From: an uncultured Lentisphaerales bacterium
Lineage (GTDB): Bacteria > Verrucomicrobiota > Lentisphaeria > JABSQK01 > UBA12247
Reading direction: 5' to 3'
DNA length: 64,000 nt
Assembly: GCA_943788985.1 (NCBI GenBank)
Contig: CALSSJ010000022.1
Location: 32,001-96,000, forward strand
Shown here: positions 1 through 10,206 of the stretch, one piece after another
How positions within the stretch are numbered: position 1 is the stretch's first letter
Layout: each line of letters begins with the position of its first letter
The notes under the pieces: model-generated
Told to the model about the DNA's origin: nothing
Seen by the model: only the letters and a program-made list of their open reading frames with translations
Databases searched by the model: none
Position numbers and translations under genes: made by a program

Positions 1-298
1 GCAGGCAATGGCTGGCACCATGGGACAAGCCGCCGCTCCTCCCCCCCAAGCAGCGCCACCACCGCTGCCGCAGACCGCGTCTGGTTTGCCGCGATCAACG
101 GTGCGCAGGTCGGCCCTCTCGACGCCGCTGGCATCCAGCAGCAGCTCGCTGCCGGCCAGATTAGCCCAGCGACATTGCTGTGGAAGAACGGGATGGCTGC
201 CTGGACACCTGGCCAGCAGATCCCCGAGCTGGCCGCACTGTTCGCGGCACCACCTCCGATCCCGGGAGCACCGCCTCCGATTCCCACCAAGCGCTTAG
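1..298 (+). CDS. 3' end of a Pro-rich protein with a C-terminal GYF_2/DUF4339 domain (SPFH-associated type); one apparent frameshift near 79; true stop uncertain
   Basis: Frame 2 gives AGTMGQAAAPPPQAAPPPLPQTA. Frame 1 from ~79 continues VWFAAINGAQVGPLDAAGIQQQLAAGQISPATLLWKNGMAAW, which matches the GYF_2 pattern (W...G.Q.GP...TL.W..GM..W). Confidence 0.6.
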   Translation, partial: QAMAGTMGQAAAPPPQAAPPPLPQTASGLPRSTVRRSALSTPLASSSSSLPARLAQRHCCGRTGWLPGHLASRSPSWPHCSRHHLRSREHRLRFPPSA

Positions 299-406
299 CT
301 TACGGCCTAGCGACTGCCGGACTTAGGCTGAATCTGTTGCGGGATATCGACCGCGCTGATACATTCAGGTCCTGTGATCACAGCGTGAGAATCATCTGGG
401 CTGCCC

Positions 407-1387
407 ATGGCGATTAAGACATCTTGCCCGCATTGCGAGCAGCCGCTTTCCGCGGTCGACGAGGACGTCGGCAAGGAGCGCATCTGCCCAGTATGCGAGA
501 ATGAGTGGGTAGTGCCGAGTAAGAAGATCGAGCCATATGCGGTCTTCGGTGACTACTCCACGACCCGCCCCGCTCGGCGTCGGCGGCGGGAACTGTGAGG
601 TCCATCTGGCGCTGCATAAAGGCACGGGCCAGCAGGTCGCGCTCAAGATCTTCTTCGTGGACGATGTCGACCAGAAGGACTGCATGCGGTTCGAGAAGGA
701 AATCCGCCATATCACCACGATTGAGCATCCGGGAATCATCCGCGCGTTCGACGGCGGCTTTGAGAAGCGGCTTGTGATCGAGCGAGACGGGCGCGAGCGC
801 GAGGAGGCCTACTACTTTCTGGCCATGGAATACGTGCAGGGCGAAACGCTGGACCGACATTCTGGATAGTAACGGGCCGATGGATGAGTACGAGGCTGTC
901 CGCATTGCGACCCGGCTCGCGGTGGTCATGGAGTTTCTCTGGGAAAACTACCAGATCATGCACCGTGACCTGAAGGCCTGGGAATGTCATGCACAGCTAT
1001 AGCGGCGAGGTCAAACTCATGGACTTTGGCATCGCGAAGTCGGCATATGACGCCCAGCTCACCGGTGCTCGGACCATCGTCGGGACGCCGTACTATATGA
1101 GTCCGGAGCAATGCACCCCCTCGCGTACGATTGACCTGCGCTCGGACATCTACGGCCTGGGCGCCACCCTCTACCACATGGTTACGGGCGAGTTTCCTTT
1201 TGACGGTGACGATCCGATGGAGATTGTCCGGCGGCAGATTTTTGACCCGATGCCATCCCCCAAGATCTACAATCCGGATCTCTCCGACCACTTGGTCGCG
1301 GTGATCGACAAGATGATGCAGAAGTCACCTGCCAAACGCCACCAGTGCTGGTCAGAAGTAGTCGTCGAACTCAGAGCGATGCTCTGA
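407..1387 (+). CDS. Ser/Thr protein kinase with N-terminal zinc ribbon, split by three apparent frameshifts (~567, ~852, ~975)
   Basis: CPHC...CPVC, LGVGGG..EV, VALK, HPGII, AMEYVQG, HRDLK/PGNV, DFG, GTPYYMSPEQ and DIYGLG are spread across successive frames. Confidence 0.8.
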
Positions 1388-1428
1388 TGACCTCGTCGAC
1401 GAGACACAAGTAATCTTGGCTTCGTAGC

Positions 1429-2172
1429 ATGATGAGACTTATTAGCCGCTTCACGTTGATCGAATTACTTGTCGTCATTGTGATTATCGCGATTTTGGTT
1501 GCGATGTTGCTTCCGGCCTTGGCCCGCGCCAAAGGATCGGCGCGGCGTACGCTATGCGTGGCAAACCTGTCCGAAATAGGTCTGGCACTCACACAATACG
1601 GGGATGGCCAGAATGGCTGGCTACCGCCTGGCCATGCGACTCTGCATCGGGGTGCCGGTGTGGAGGCCGCCTATTTGCGATCGTCAGGCCTCTATTTAGG
1701 GCACGGCGCACTGGTCGATCAAGGCTATCTTTCAGTGCCTGCCGCCAAGATATTCTACTGTCCAAATTCCCAGCATCCGTACACGCAGTACGATGTAGTG
1801 TCCGACGGGGGTGAGTATGATATCCGAGCACCGAGGGTGCAAGGCGGGTGGCCTGCTGAAGGCAATACGGGCCCCACTGGCTGGTGGAATACCTCGTACC
1901 AGTATCGCAGCTCGTTCGGCCCAGCCGAAGACCTACCGCTCGCCCTCAACGAATCTGTCGCCCCGATCATGGCAGACATGTGGGCTCAGAAGAGCAGCGA
2001 TACCATCGGCATTGGTTCGGGCTTCTGGATGCACAGAGTGGGCTACAACTCGCTGTGGTCAGACGGGAGTGTCGTCTGGGAGCCTGATTCCAACTTGACG
2101 ATCATGTCGGCTGCTTATTCCCACACGAGGCATTCGCAGCTGGAGCAAGTCTGGGAAGACTATTTCGAGTAG
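1429..2172 (+). CDS. Prepilin-type N-terminal cleavage/methylation domain protein (DUF1559/H-X9-DG type)
   Basis: [37 protein letters not shown] at the N-terminus; H-X9-DG ([12 protein letters not shown]) near the C-terminus. Confidence 0.9.
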   Translation: MMRLISRFTLIELLVVIVIIAILVAMLLPALARAKGSARRTLCVANLSEIGLALTQYGDGQNGWLPPGHATLHRGAGVEAAYLRSSGLYLGHGALVDQGYLSVPAAKIFYCPNSQHPYTQYDVVSDGGEYDIRAPRVQGGWPAEGNTGPTGWWNTSYQYRSSFGPAEDLPLALNESVAPIMADMWAQKSSDTIGIGSGFWMHRVGYNSLWSDGSVVWEPDSNLTIMSAAYSHTRHSQLEQVWEDYFE

Positions 2173-2200
2173 TCCCTGTTCCGCGACAAGCGCCGGCGAT

Positions 2201-2947
2201 TCAAACTGGCGGATCGTTTCCATCGGGTGCGTCCGGCCGCCGATACCAAAGCTCGCAATCACCCCGCGACCTCATGGCGGATGGCTTCAAGCCAAGGCGA
2301 AGCGCCTGTCGCAGAAGCTGCCAAGTGCCGAACCACTCGAACTTTCGCCCCGATGAGACAATCGGGATGTCCAAGATACGAACGCGCTGCTGGTGTGTCC
2401 TGCCCCAGTCATTCAAGGCGATCGAAAAGTGGATTTCTTCTGAGACGTAGACCGACTGCTCAAAACCCCCGATGTCGGTAAAGGCCTCGCGCCGACAGAA
2501 GACGAAGGAGCCAGCGGCCCAACGGCGCAGCTTGGAGATAAGCCCCCACAGTCGCAGGCCGATCGCCGGAGCAAGGCCGGCACAGTCGAGACGCAGGATG
2601 GTCCCGCCGCCACAGCATTGGTCGCCCTGTAGTGCCTCCAAGGCGGCACGGAGCAGCGGGCCGTTGAGTAGCGTATCCGCGTCGAGAAAGATGAAGTAAC
2701 GACCGCGTGCGATCTGCGCACCAGCATTTCTGGCGCGGGCGATCTGCTGGTGCTCCTCGTAGACCACGCGCGCACCGGCGGCTGTGGCGATGTCCGCAGT
2801 ACGGTCGCTGCTGTTATTATCGGTGACGATGGTCTCACCGACGAGCTCAGGAATCGCGAGCATAGACTCACGCACACTGGCGAGCGTGGCCGGAAGCAGT
2901 ACTTCCTCGTTATAGGCGGGAATGATGACTGAATAGTCGATGCTCAC
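2201..2947 (-). CDS. Glycosyltransferase family 2
   Basis: [29 protein letters not shown]. Confidence 0.9.
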   Translation of the reverse strand: MSIDYSVIIPAYNEEVLLPATLASVRESMLAIPELVGETIVTDNNSSDRTADIATAAGARVVYEEHQQIARARNAGAQIARGRYFIFLDADTLLNGPLLRAALEALQGDQCCGGGTILRLDCAGLAPAIGLRLWGLISKLRRWAAGSFVFCRREAFTDIGGFEQSVYVSEEIHFSIALNDWGRTHQQRVRILDIPIVSSGRKFEWFGTWQLLRQALRLGLKPSAMRSRGDCELWYRRPDAPDGNDPPV

Positions 2948-3987
2948 GGGGCATCGAAGAGATCCATCTGGCTATCACGAACCGCTGGTGGGACTTCGAT
3001 TCCAAGCCGGCGGGCGGCCTTTGGCGTTGCCACGCGCCCCTGCGGGGTGCGGATAAGAAAGCCTTCCTGAATAAGAAATGGCTCAAAGACTTCCTCGATC
3101 GTCCCCTTCTCCTCGCCGATCGAAACGGCGAGGTTAGTGAGGCCAACGGGGCGCCCCCCGAAGGTAACGAGAAGAGTCTCGAGGATACGATTGTCCATCT
3201 CATCCAGACCGTCCTGATCAATGTCCAGTAGCGAGAGGGCTTCACTGGCCACTTCGGGCGTGATGATGCCGTCTGCCTTGACCTGCGCATAATCACGGAC
3301 GCGACGCAGAAGATTGTTGGCAATACGTGGCGTTCCACGGCTGCGACGGGCGATCTCCAGCGCACCGTCAGGCTCGGTCTCGATCTTGAGAATCTCCGCT
3401 GAACGCGCGATGATCGTGGCCAGGGTTTCTGCCGAGTAGTAGTCGAGGCGCACGAGAAGCCCGAATCGCGAGCGCAGAGGCGCAGACAGCAGGCCCTGAC
3501 GGGTGGTGGCTCCGATCAGCGTGAACCGCGGAATGTTCAGGGTTATCGATCGCGATCCGGCGCCTTGATCGAGGATAATGTCGATGTAGAAATCCTCCAT
3601 GGCCGAATAGAGGTATTCTTCGACCGTGGTACTGAGCCGGTGGATCTCGTCGATAAACAGGATGTCCCCTTCTTCAAGGGCGTAAAACAGCCCAGCGAGG
3701 TCGCCCGGCTTCTCGATGACCGGTCCGCTCGTGGTTTTGATATTCTTGCCGCGGGAATTGGCAAGAATGTGCGCGAGGGTGGTTTTTCCCAGCCCTGGCG
3801 GGCCAGCAAGCAGGACGTGATCCAGCGCTTCGTCGCGCATAGTTGCGGCCTGCACAAAGACTTCGAGCTGCGCCTTCTTGCGTTCTTGCCCGGGAAAATC
3901 CGCAAACGACTGGGGGCGCAGCGTGCACTCAAACTTCTCGTCTTTGTCGTTTAGCGTCGAGGAGATAAACCGTTCTTCTTCTGACAT
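2944..3987 (-). CDS. ruvB: Holliday junction branch migration helicase RuvB
   Basis: [43 protein letters not shown]. Confidence 0.98.
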   Translation of the reverse strand: MSEEERFISSTLNDKDEKFECTLRPQSFADFPGQERKKAQLEVFVQAATMRDEALDHVLLAGPPGLGKTTLAHILANSRGKNIKTTSGPVIEKPGDLAGLFYALEEGDILFIDEIHRLSTTVEEYLYSAMEDFYIDIILDQGAGSRSITLNIPRFTLIGATTRQGLLSAPLRSRFGLLVRLDYYSAETLATIIARSAEILKIETEPDGALEIARRSRGTPRIANNLLRRVRDYAQVKADGIITPEVASEALSLLDIDQDGLDEMDNRILETLLVTFGGRPVGLTNLAVSIGEEKGTIEEVFEPFLIQEGFLIRTPQGRVATPKAARRLGIEVPPAVRDSQMDLFDAP

Positions 3988-3990
3988 CTT

Positions 3991-4584
3991 CTACCGATTG
4001 AGCTGCTTGAGTGCGTCTTTAATCAATTGCTGCGTATCTCGCTCGGTCTCGTCCTGCGCGAGTTCACTAACGACTTTGCGAGCGATTTCAGCCTTGAAGC
4101 CCAGGGTCTGCAGGGCATTCGCTGCGTCTTCGGCAATGGCAGAGAAAGTGCTGCCCGCAGATTCCATGGTGGGGCGAATCGCCTGCACGCGGTTGCGTAG
4201 TTCTACGATGATCCGCTCGGCGGAGCGCTTCCCGATCCCGCTGATGCGACCGAGCGTGCGCATGTCCCCGTCTACCACTGCCTGGCAGAACGTTCCCACA
4301 CTCATCGTGCTTAGCACGTTTAGCGCCAACTTCGGACCAACACCGCTAACAACCTGGATCAGCAAGCTAAACAGGCCGCGCTCTTCGCTGCTCATGAAAC
4401 CAAAGAGTTGCATGCCATCGTCTCGCACATTCAGGTACGTGTGGAGTTGAACTGGAGAACCAGCCGTAGGCAGGCGATCGTACGTACTCATTGGGATGTC
4501 GATCCCGAACCCGATACCGTTCACATCGATCACAACATGAGTGGGCTCCTTGAGCGCTAGCTTCCCGTGCAGGTAGTCAATCAT
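3991..4584 (-). CDS. ruvA: Holliday junction DNA-binding protein RuvA (start moved to MIDYLHG)
   Basis: MIDYL.G.L, LFGF, VSGVGPKLAL, GIGKRSAERIIVEL, AL.TLGF; adjacent to ruvB. Confidence 0.96.
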   Translation of the reverse strand: MIDYLHGKLALKEPTHVVIDVNGIGFGIDIPMSTYDRLPTAGSPVQLHTYLNVRDDGMQLFGFMSSEERGLFSLLIQVVSGVGPKLALNVLSTMSVGTFCQAVVDGDMRTLGRISGIGKRSAERIIVELRNRVQAIRPTMESAGSTFSAIAEDAANALQTLGFKAEIARKVVSELAQDETERDTQQLIKDALKQLNR

Positions 4585-4717
4585 GCTGTTGGACCTAAAT
4601 GGTGATTGAAGAATACGCTTGAGGCCGTAAAATACGAGGTGAAACTTGGGATGCAAGGCTATGGCGTGTACCCATTTCTGATGGATACACGGTAGACAAT
4701 TAAGCGAAGGAGGCGTC

Positions 4718-6007
4718 ATGAGTGACGTAGCAACGATTTCACTGGAAGGGAAAACCTACGAGTTTCCGATTATCGAGGGTACTGAAGGCGAGAAAGCCAT
4801 CGATATCCGGACTCTGCGCAGCACGACCGGCTACATCACGATGGATCCTGGATTTGGCAGCAGCGGCTGCTGCGAAAGCCAGATCACGTTCATTGACGGC
4901 GAAAAGGGCATTCTCCGTTTCCGCGGGATTCCGATCGAGGAGCTAGCGGAAAACTCTTCTTTTATCGAGACCAGCTACCTGCTGCTTCACGGCGAGCTTC
5001 CCACCCAGGCGCAGCTTTCCCACTTCGAGGACCTGATCAGTCAGCACTCCATGGTCCACGAAGACATGGCAGACTTTCTCAGGCACTTTCCGCTGAACGC
5101 CCATCCGATGTGTGTGCTAGGTTCTTCCATCAATGCTCTCGCCAGCTTTCACCCTGGCGTAAACGCGCGCTCACTGAACGAAGACGTAGACCAGACCGCC
5201 GCTCAGTTGATCGCCAAGGTCTGCACACTCGCTGCTTACAGCTACAAGAAGTCGGTCGGCGAGCCATTCGTCCAGCCGCAGCGCGGCCAGAGCTACTGCG
5301 AGAATTTCCTGAACATGATGTTCACAAACAGTGTCAATGGCTACGAAGCAGACGCCGAGGCAGTGAAGGCCATGAACATGCTGTTGCTGATGCACGCCGA
5401 CCATGAGCAGAACTGCTCAGCGACAGCAGTGCGCGTGGTCGGCAGCTCCCATGCCGACCTGTACGCGTCCATCTCCGCCGGTGTCTCCGCTTTGTGGGGG
5501 CCGTTGCATGGCGGGGCCAACCAAGCTGTGATGGAAATGCTGGCCGAGATTCATGAGTCCGGCAAAGACCTGCAGCACTTTATCGACAAGGCCAAGGACA
5601 AGTCCAACGACTTTCGCCTGTCCGGCTTTGGCCATCGCGTCTACAAGAACTACGATCCGCGTGCTCGTGTCATCAAGAAGGCATGCTTGAGCATTCTTCA
5701 GAGCGGCGCAGCGAATGATCCGCTGCTGGACATTGCCATGCGGCTTGAGCAGCGGGTTTTGGAGGACGACTACTTCATCCAGCGCAAGCTGTATCCAAAT
5801 GTCGACTTCTACAGCGGCCTTCTGTATCAAGCAATGGGCTTTCCCGTCGATATGTTCACGGTGTTGTTCGCCATTGGCCGTCTCCCGGGCTGGATTGCCC
5901 AGTGGAAGGAACTCATTAACGATCCGGATGGGAAGATCGTACGGCCCCGCCAGATCTATCAAGGCAACAATGCGTCCGCCTACGTGCCGATGGACCAGCG
6001 CGGCTAA
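4718..6007 (+). CDS. gltA: Citrate synthase
   Basis: HADHEQNCS, GPLHGGAN, GFGHRVYKNYDPRA, YPNVDFYSG; AAGGAGG RBS upstream. Confidence 0.97.
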   Translation: MSDVATISLEGKTYEFPIIEGTEGEKAIDIRTLRSTTGYITMDPGFGSSGCCESQITFIDGEKGILRFRGIPIEELAENSSFIETSYLLLHGELPTQAQLSHFEDLISQHSMVHEDMADFLRHFPLNAHPMCVLGSSINALASFHPGVNARSLNEDVDQTAAQLIAKVCTLAAYSYKKSVGEPFVQPQRGQSYCENFLNMMFTNSVNGYEADAEAVKAMNMLLLMHADHEQNCSATAVRVVGSSHADLYASISAGVSALWGPLHGGANQAVMEMLAEIHESGKDLQHFIDKAKDKSNDFRLSGFGHRVYKNYDPRARVIKKACLSILQSGAANDPLLDIAMRLEQRVLEDDYFIQRKLYPNVDFYSGLLYQAMGFPVDMFTVLFAIGRLPGWIAQWKELINDPDGKIVRPRQIYQGNNASAYVPMDQRG

Positions 6008-6010
6008 TCT

Positions 6011-6052
6011 GCGTAAGTAGTCTGTCGGGCGTAGCCTGACAGACTGCTACGC
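6011..6052 (+). terminator. Strong hairpin immediately after gltA
   Basis: GCGTAAGTAGTCTGTCGGGC and GCCTGACAGACTGCTACGC are near-perfect inverted repeats; there is no U-tract. Confidence 0.55.
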
Positions 6053-6451
6053 CTGAATGACTCAGCCCTAGTCCCCCGCTAGTCCCAAAACTCCTCCCAA
6101 AACTGCATCGGTAGATCGCGTTGCCTAACCCCCGATGCTCTGCGATTTTGCCTAGGCGCTTAAGCTCACGGACGGTGTCGGCATCGCCTACCACCCTCCC
6201 TTGCGCTGAAGTTGTCCCCAGAGGATTGCGCCGGTGTTCTCCAGCCCGTCTCTCAAAGGGCCGCTAAAATGTAACGTTATTTCCGAGCGGGCTCTATGGC
6301 TGGTTCGCGGGCTCTTCATTTTCGTGGCTACCCCACACACTGCACCTGCATAATGCAATTTTCGATATCTGATATCGGACATCGAATGAATCACCTATTC
6401 TCCCTCATGCGATGTTGAACGTTCGGGTTCATTCTTTCCCATTTCTCCTCA

Positions 6452-7849
6452 TCACGCGAAATAGTTCGCAGCATTGGCGTAACAGATATTCTTGACCATG
6501 CCGCCCACCACTTTGGGATTGTTAGGCAGCGTGCCGTTCTCCATCTCGGCCCCAAGGAGCTGACACAGCAACCGCCGAAAGTACTCGTGGCGTGGATAAC
6601 TCATCATGCTGCGAGAATCGGTAAGCATGCCGACAAAGTTGGAAAGCAGACCGAGATTAGACAAAGCATTGAGCTGCCAGGTCATCCCCTCCGCCTGGTC
6701 GAGAAACCACCACCCGCTGCCGAGTTGCACCTTGCCCTTGATCCCGCCCTCAAAGAAATTTCCGCACATGGTCGCGAAGGCGTAGTTGTTCACCGGGTTT
6801 AGGTTATAGAGGATGGTCTTAGGCAGAGCGCCGCGCAAGGAAAGCTCACCCAGCAGCAGTGCCAGCGATGGGATCTGCTGGGCATCGTTTATGGAGTCAC
6901 AGCCAATGTCGGCACCGAGCCTGCGGTGAAAGTCCCCGTTGACGTTGCGGACCGCCCCGAGGTGCAATTGCATCACCCAGCCTTTTTCCGCGTAGCGCTC
7001 ACCGAGGAAGGTGAGAACATGACCGGCAAACCCTTCGATCTCGTCCGGGGTCAGCGCCTTGCCGCCGCGGGCTTTCTGAAACGTGTTACCGGCTTCTGAT
7101 TCCGTGGCAATCCGCAGCGGACAGCGGGCCGGGCCATGGTCGGATGAGCGGCATCCCAGGCTGTCGAAAAAATCAACCCGCGAAACCAGCGCGGACTTGA
7201 ATCCAGCCAGCCGGTCCAGCTCATTCCCGGTGACGGCGGCGAGCTTGTCTGTCCAGGCATTCCAGTCCTCCAGACTCGTCAGGCTGAAGGCCTTGTCCGG
7301 GCGGAAGCTGGGAGCGACTTTGGCTGGGCAGGCAGACGCCTTTAGCGTGAGATGATGCTCCAGGCTGTCAATGGGATCATCCGTGGTGCCGATAAACCTG
7401 ACCTTCATTTTCTTCAGGATCCCCCAGCTACTCAGGTCATCCGTCGCAAGCATACCGTTCGCCTGTTCCCAGATGGCGGGTGCGGTGGTTTCGTCAAGGA
7501 GCTCGTGAATGCCGAAATAGCGTGCCAGTTCAAGGTGACTCCAGTGGTAAATTGGATTACGCAGGGTGGCGGGCACCGTGGCCGCAAAGGCCATGAATCT
7601 TTCCCGCGGATCCGCGTCGCCAGTGCAATAGCGTTCAGCCACACCGTCGAGACGCATGGCACGCCATTTGTAGTGATCGCCCTCGAGCCAGATCTCAAAC
7701 AGATTTTTAAACTGCCGGTTCTCTGCCAGATCCTTGGGGGAAAGATGACAGTGGTAGTCGAAGATGGGTTCTTCCGAGGCGTACTCGTGATAAAGATCAG
7801 CCGCTGACTGGTTCTGCAGGAGAAAGTTGTCGTGGATGTAGGGTTTCAT
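6452..7849 (-). CDS. uxaC: Glucuronate (uronate) isomerase
   Basis: IFDYHCHL, GDHYKWRAMR, NPIYHWSHLEL, GSGWWFLD, GMLTDSRS.MSYPRHEYFRR. Confidence 0.97.
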   Translation of the reverse strand: MKPYIHDNFLLQNQSAADLYHEYASEEPIFDYHCHLSPKDLAENRQFKNLFEIWLEGDHYKWRAMRLDGVAERYCTGDADPRERFMAFAATVPATLRNPIYHWSHLELARYFGIHELLDETTAPAIWEQANGMLATDDLSSWGILKKMKVRFIGTTDDPIDSLEHHLTLKASACPAKVAPSFRPDKAFSLTSLEDWNAWTDKLAAVTGNELDRLAGFKSALVSRVDFFDSLGCRSSDHGPARCPLRIATESEAGNTFQKARGGKALTPDEIEGFAGHVLTFLGERYAEKGWVMQLHLGAVRNVNGDFHRRLGADIGCDSINDAQQIPSLALLLGELSLRGALPKTILYNLNPVNNYAFATMCGNFFEGGIKGKVQLGSGWWFLDQAEGMTWQLNALSNLGLLSNFVGMLTDSRSMMSYPRHEYFRRLLCQLLGAEMENGTLPNNPKVVGGMVKNICYANAANYFA

Positions 7850-8389
7850 AGTTTGGCCTTACAAGCTGTGGATTTAGTCTGATTGTTGCGAGGGCCAGTG
7901 ATCTCGAGTTGAACTCTAGCGGGTAGTAGCAGTAGATTTAGAGGTTAGCTACGGGCCGTCAACAGTCATATGAATTAGGTCCGATCGTCGCGAGAGCCAG
8001 TGATTTAGAGCTGAAATTTGTGATGCCCTGCGCGACTCCCATCACATGGCAATTGGTGAGGTGCTTGCGAGAATGTACCTTCCCTTGTGGTAGGAGTCGC
8101 CTGACCAGTAATCGGCTTCAGGTCGCGGTAGCCGCCCGCGGGGGCCGCAGGCGTCAACTTGAAGAGCATATTCGCAGTCTAGTCGTGCTGTTGCTGCGTG
8201 GTCGGTGATATCTCACGGCGAGCCGTCTGTCGCCATGCGCCTTACCTGATTCTGATAACCGCGCCTGCCCAGACCTGAGAAAAGACGACGTCGTCCCAGC
8301 CTGCGAGTGCGGTGCTGGTGGCTCGGCAGCTCTCCAAGTTCACAGAGAGGGGTTCCCTGCATCGGCGGAGGTGGTCGGCGTTAACCCCG

Positions 8390-9117
8390 TCGCCGGCCAC
8401 GCGGTACACGGCCGGCAGGTAAGAGTCATTGCAGATGATTGCGGCAGGGCGGTCGTTGCGCTGCCACATGCCATACAGGCGGGTGCAGGTCTCGCCGCCC
8501 CCGGTGCCCAGGCGCAGACGTCCTGCCCGCTAATCGGCAGCGCCTACTCGAGCGCCAGCCGGTAAAACGCCTCCCGCCTGGCGAAAAAACTATGGTGGTA
8601 ACTGTCCGGAAGGGCACCAGTAACACAACCGATGGGGCGATGGCCCGAACCGATAAGGTGGGCAAGCTGGGGCTTGACAATCCAGTCGCTCTCCACCAAC
8701 ACGGTGTTGTGCCTGGGCTGGGCCCTCCGGGTGCAAGGTCACGGTAAGCACAAGCTCCTCGTGCAACTTCGTGAGCGAATCCAGAGAGCGCAGGTTTGTG
8801 GCGATGCACGCCTCGGTGGTCGGGGCTTGGGCAATCTCCTGTACCTGGCGTAGGCCCGCGAGCCCCCCCGTCACCGCATGAAAGCGAACGACAAGGTCCA
8901 GGCGCCCTGGCTCTTCTGCCAAGGCGGCCATCAGTTCCTTGCGGTAGCTCGGACTGGGGGCGCTGGCAGCAGCGCCCGTGTATACAACTGATACGGTCTG
9001 GAGCTCAAAGGGCGCGCCGTTGCACTCGGTCAGGAAAATACCGTGGCACGGCCGCACTACCACCTGCTGCAGCGCCGCAAGTTCGCCTAGTACCGCACCG
9101 GCGGTAGCAGCAATCAC
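8390..9117 (-). pseudogene. Degraded LacI/GntR-type regulator effector-binding domain
   Basis: Pieces in different frames: LAHLIGSGHRPIGCV...ARREAFYRLALE* and WQRNDRPAAIICND..LPAVYR. There is an internal TAG, frameshifts, and no HTH. Confidence 0.55.
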
Positions 9118-9344
9118 TCGACAGGCGTGGGTCCTAAGCTGCCTGCATTTCTTGCTACTGTTTTGATACTTGAAATCAGCTAGACCTTGCTACCGGCCGT
9201 TCCCTTTAAGGCGCTGACCCTATCACCCTCAGCATGCTGTGGTCGTCTATACGGTGAGCGCGGTCCAGCACTCCTGTCGCCGACCGTTAAGATCATTCTG
9301 GTTTCCCCTTTGGATCGCTCCGGTCACTCGTCGCCAAGTCTGCC

Positions 9345-9898
9345 AAACCAGCTGCGACTGAAAGTCGTTCGGCAGGGCGCGGGTGAGTTCGTAGGTGGAA
9401 ATACCGATGGGCTTGTCGATGCCCGAGAAGCTATATTCGGCGAGAAGGCGGTCGTGATCCTCGCAGAGAATCAGGCCAATGGTCGGCTGGTCGCTGTCGT
9501 ACTTGAGATCGATCACGGCATAGGCGCGCAGGCGCAGGCTGGTGTAACAGCAGGTCGATGTAGAAATCGCTGCCGCTAACCTCGACCCGGTACTGGCGAC
9601 CGACAAAGGCTAAGTCCTGGCCAAGTTCCAGCAGGAAGCGCTGGAGATAAGTGTTCCCTATACTACGCACGCTCGAATGTCGCGGTCCTTGACCTTCTAC
9701 AACAGGATCACATGGTGGGGCCAAGGCGGGCTCCAGGAGCGCTGCGAACTGCATTGAGCAATTGGCGTTTGTACAATTGCGCGTGTCTCCTGGTCGGGCT
9801 CTGCCAGTGCGGCATACTCACGATAAAAGGAGAGCATCAACTAACCTAATGTTTCGCTCTGAAAACCCTTTGACTTCGGGCAGTTTATTACGAATGGC
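9345..9898 (-). pseudogene. Degraded YhcG/DUF1016 (PD-(D/E)XK nuclease-like) gene
   Basis: Collinear fragments IRNKLPEVKGFSERNI, LSFYREY, PWPHHVILL*KVKD, LQRFLLELGQDLAFVGRQYRVEV...FYIDLL, LRAYAVIDLK, and PTIGLILCED...AEYSFSGIDKPIGISTYELTRALP, with frameshifts, a stop and apparent deletions. Confidence 0.85.
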
Positions 9899-10206
9899 GC
9901 CGGACAGCGCGGCTCTGTCCTGTCTGGGTGTGGGCCTTGACCGCGACGTCGAGGGAGGGGGAGTCGCTGGGGATGGGCTCGTGTAACGTATGATTCAAAA
10001 TATGGATTAGCAGCGATTTTATAAGCTGTTCACGCTTGCAGGCGCGCCAAAGATCGGAAGCCCGCAAAACACGCGAAAATGATAGCTGAGTATGCCTTAT
10101 TGCTGATTTTCTAATGTTGCCGCAGATTGCGGCAGAATTACGGAAATGTCACAATAGGACCAATGACTAGCGATCGTCTTTGTGGGCGCGTGCTTTTCGG
10201 CCGATC

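Noticed and set aside
1429..2172. Type IV pilus or T2SS locus
   Set aside because: This is a solitary prepilin/H-X9-DG gene of a type highly expanded in PVC genomes; no assembly genes are adjacent.
4585..4719. N-terminal extensions in the ORF track (ruvA; also the ORFs starting at 13718, 20608, 24439, 32919, 42126, 52458, 56766)
   Set aside because: They overlap neighbouring genes or promoters; downstream ATGs fit the family N-termini or RBS positions better.
10118..10134. Terminator of the SNF2 gene (TGCCGCA-GAT-TGCGGCA)
   Set aside because: The 7-bp stem has a 3-nt loop and no U-tract on the relevant strand, which is too weak to call.
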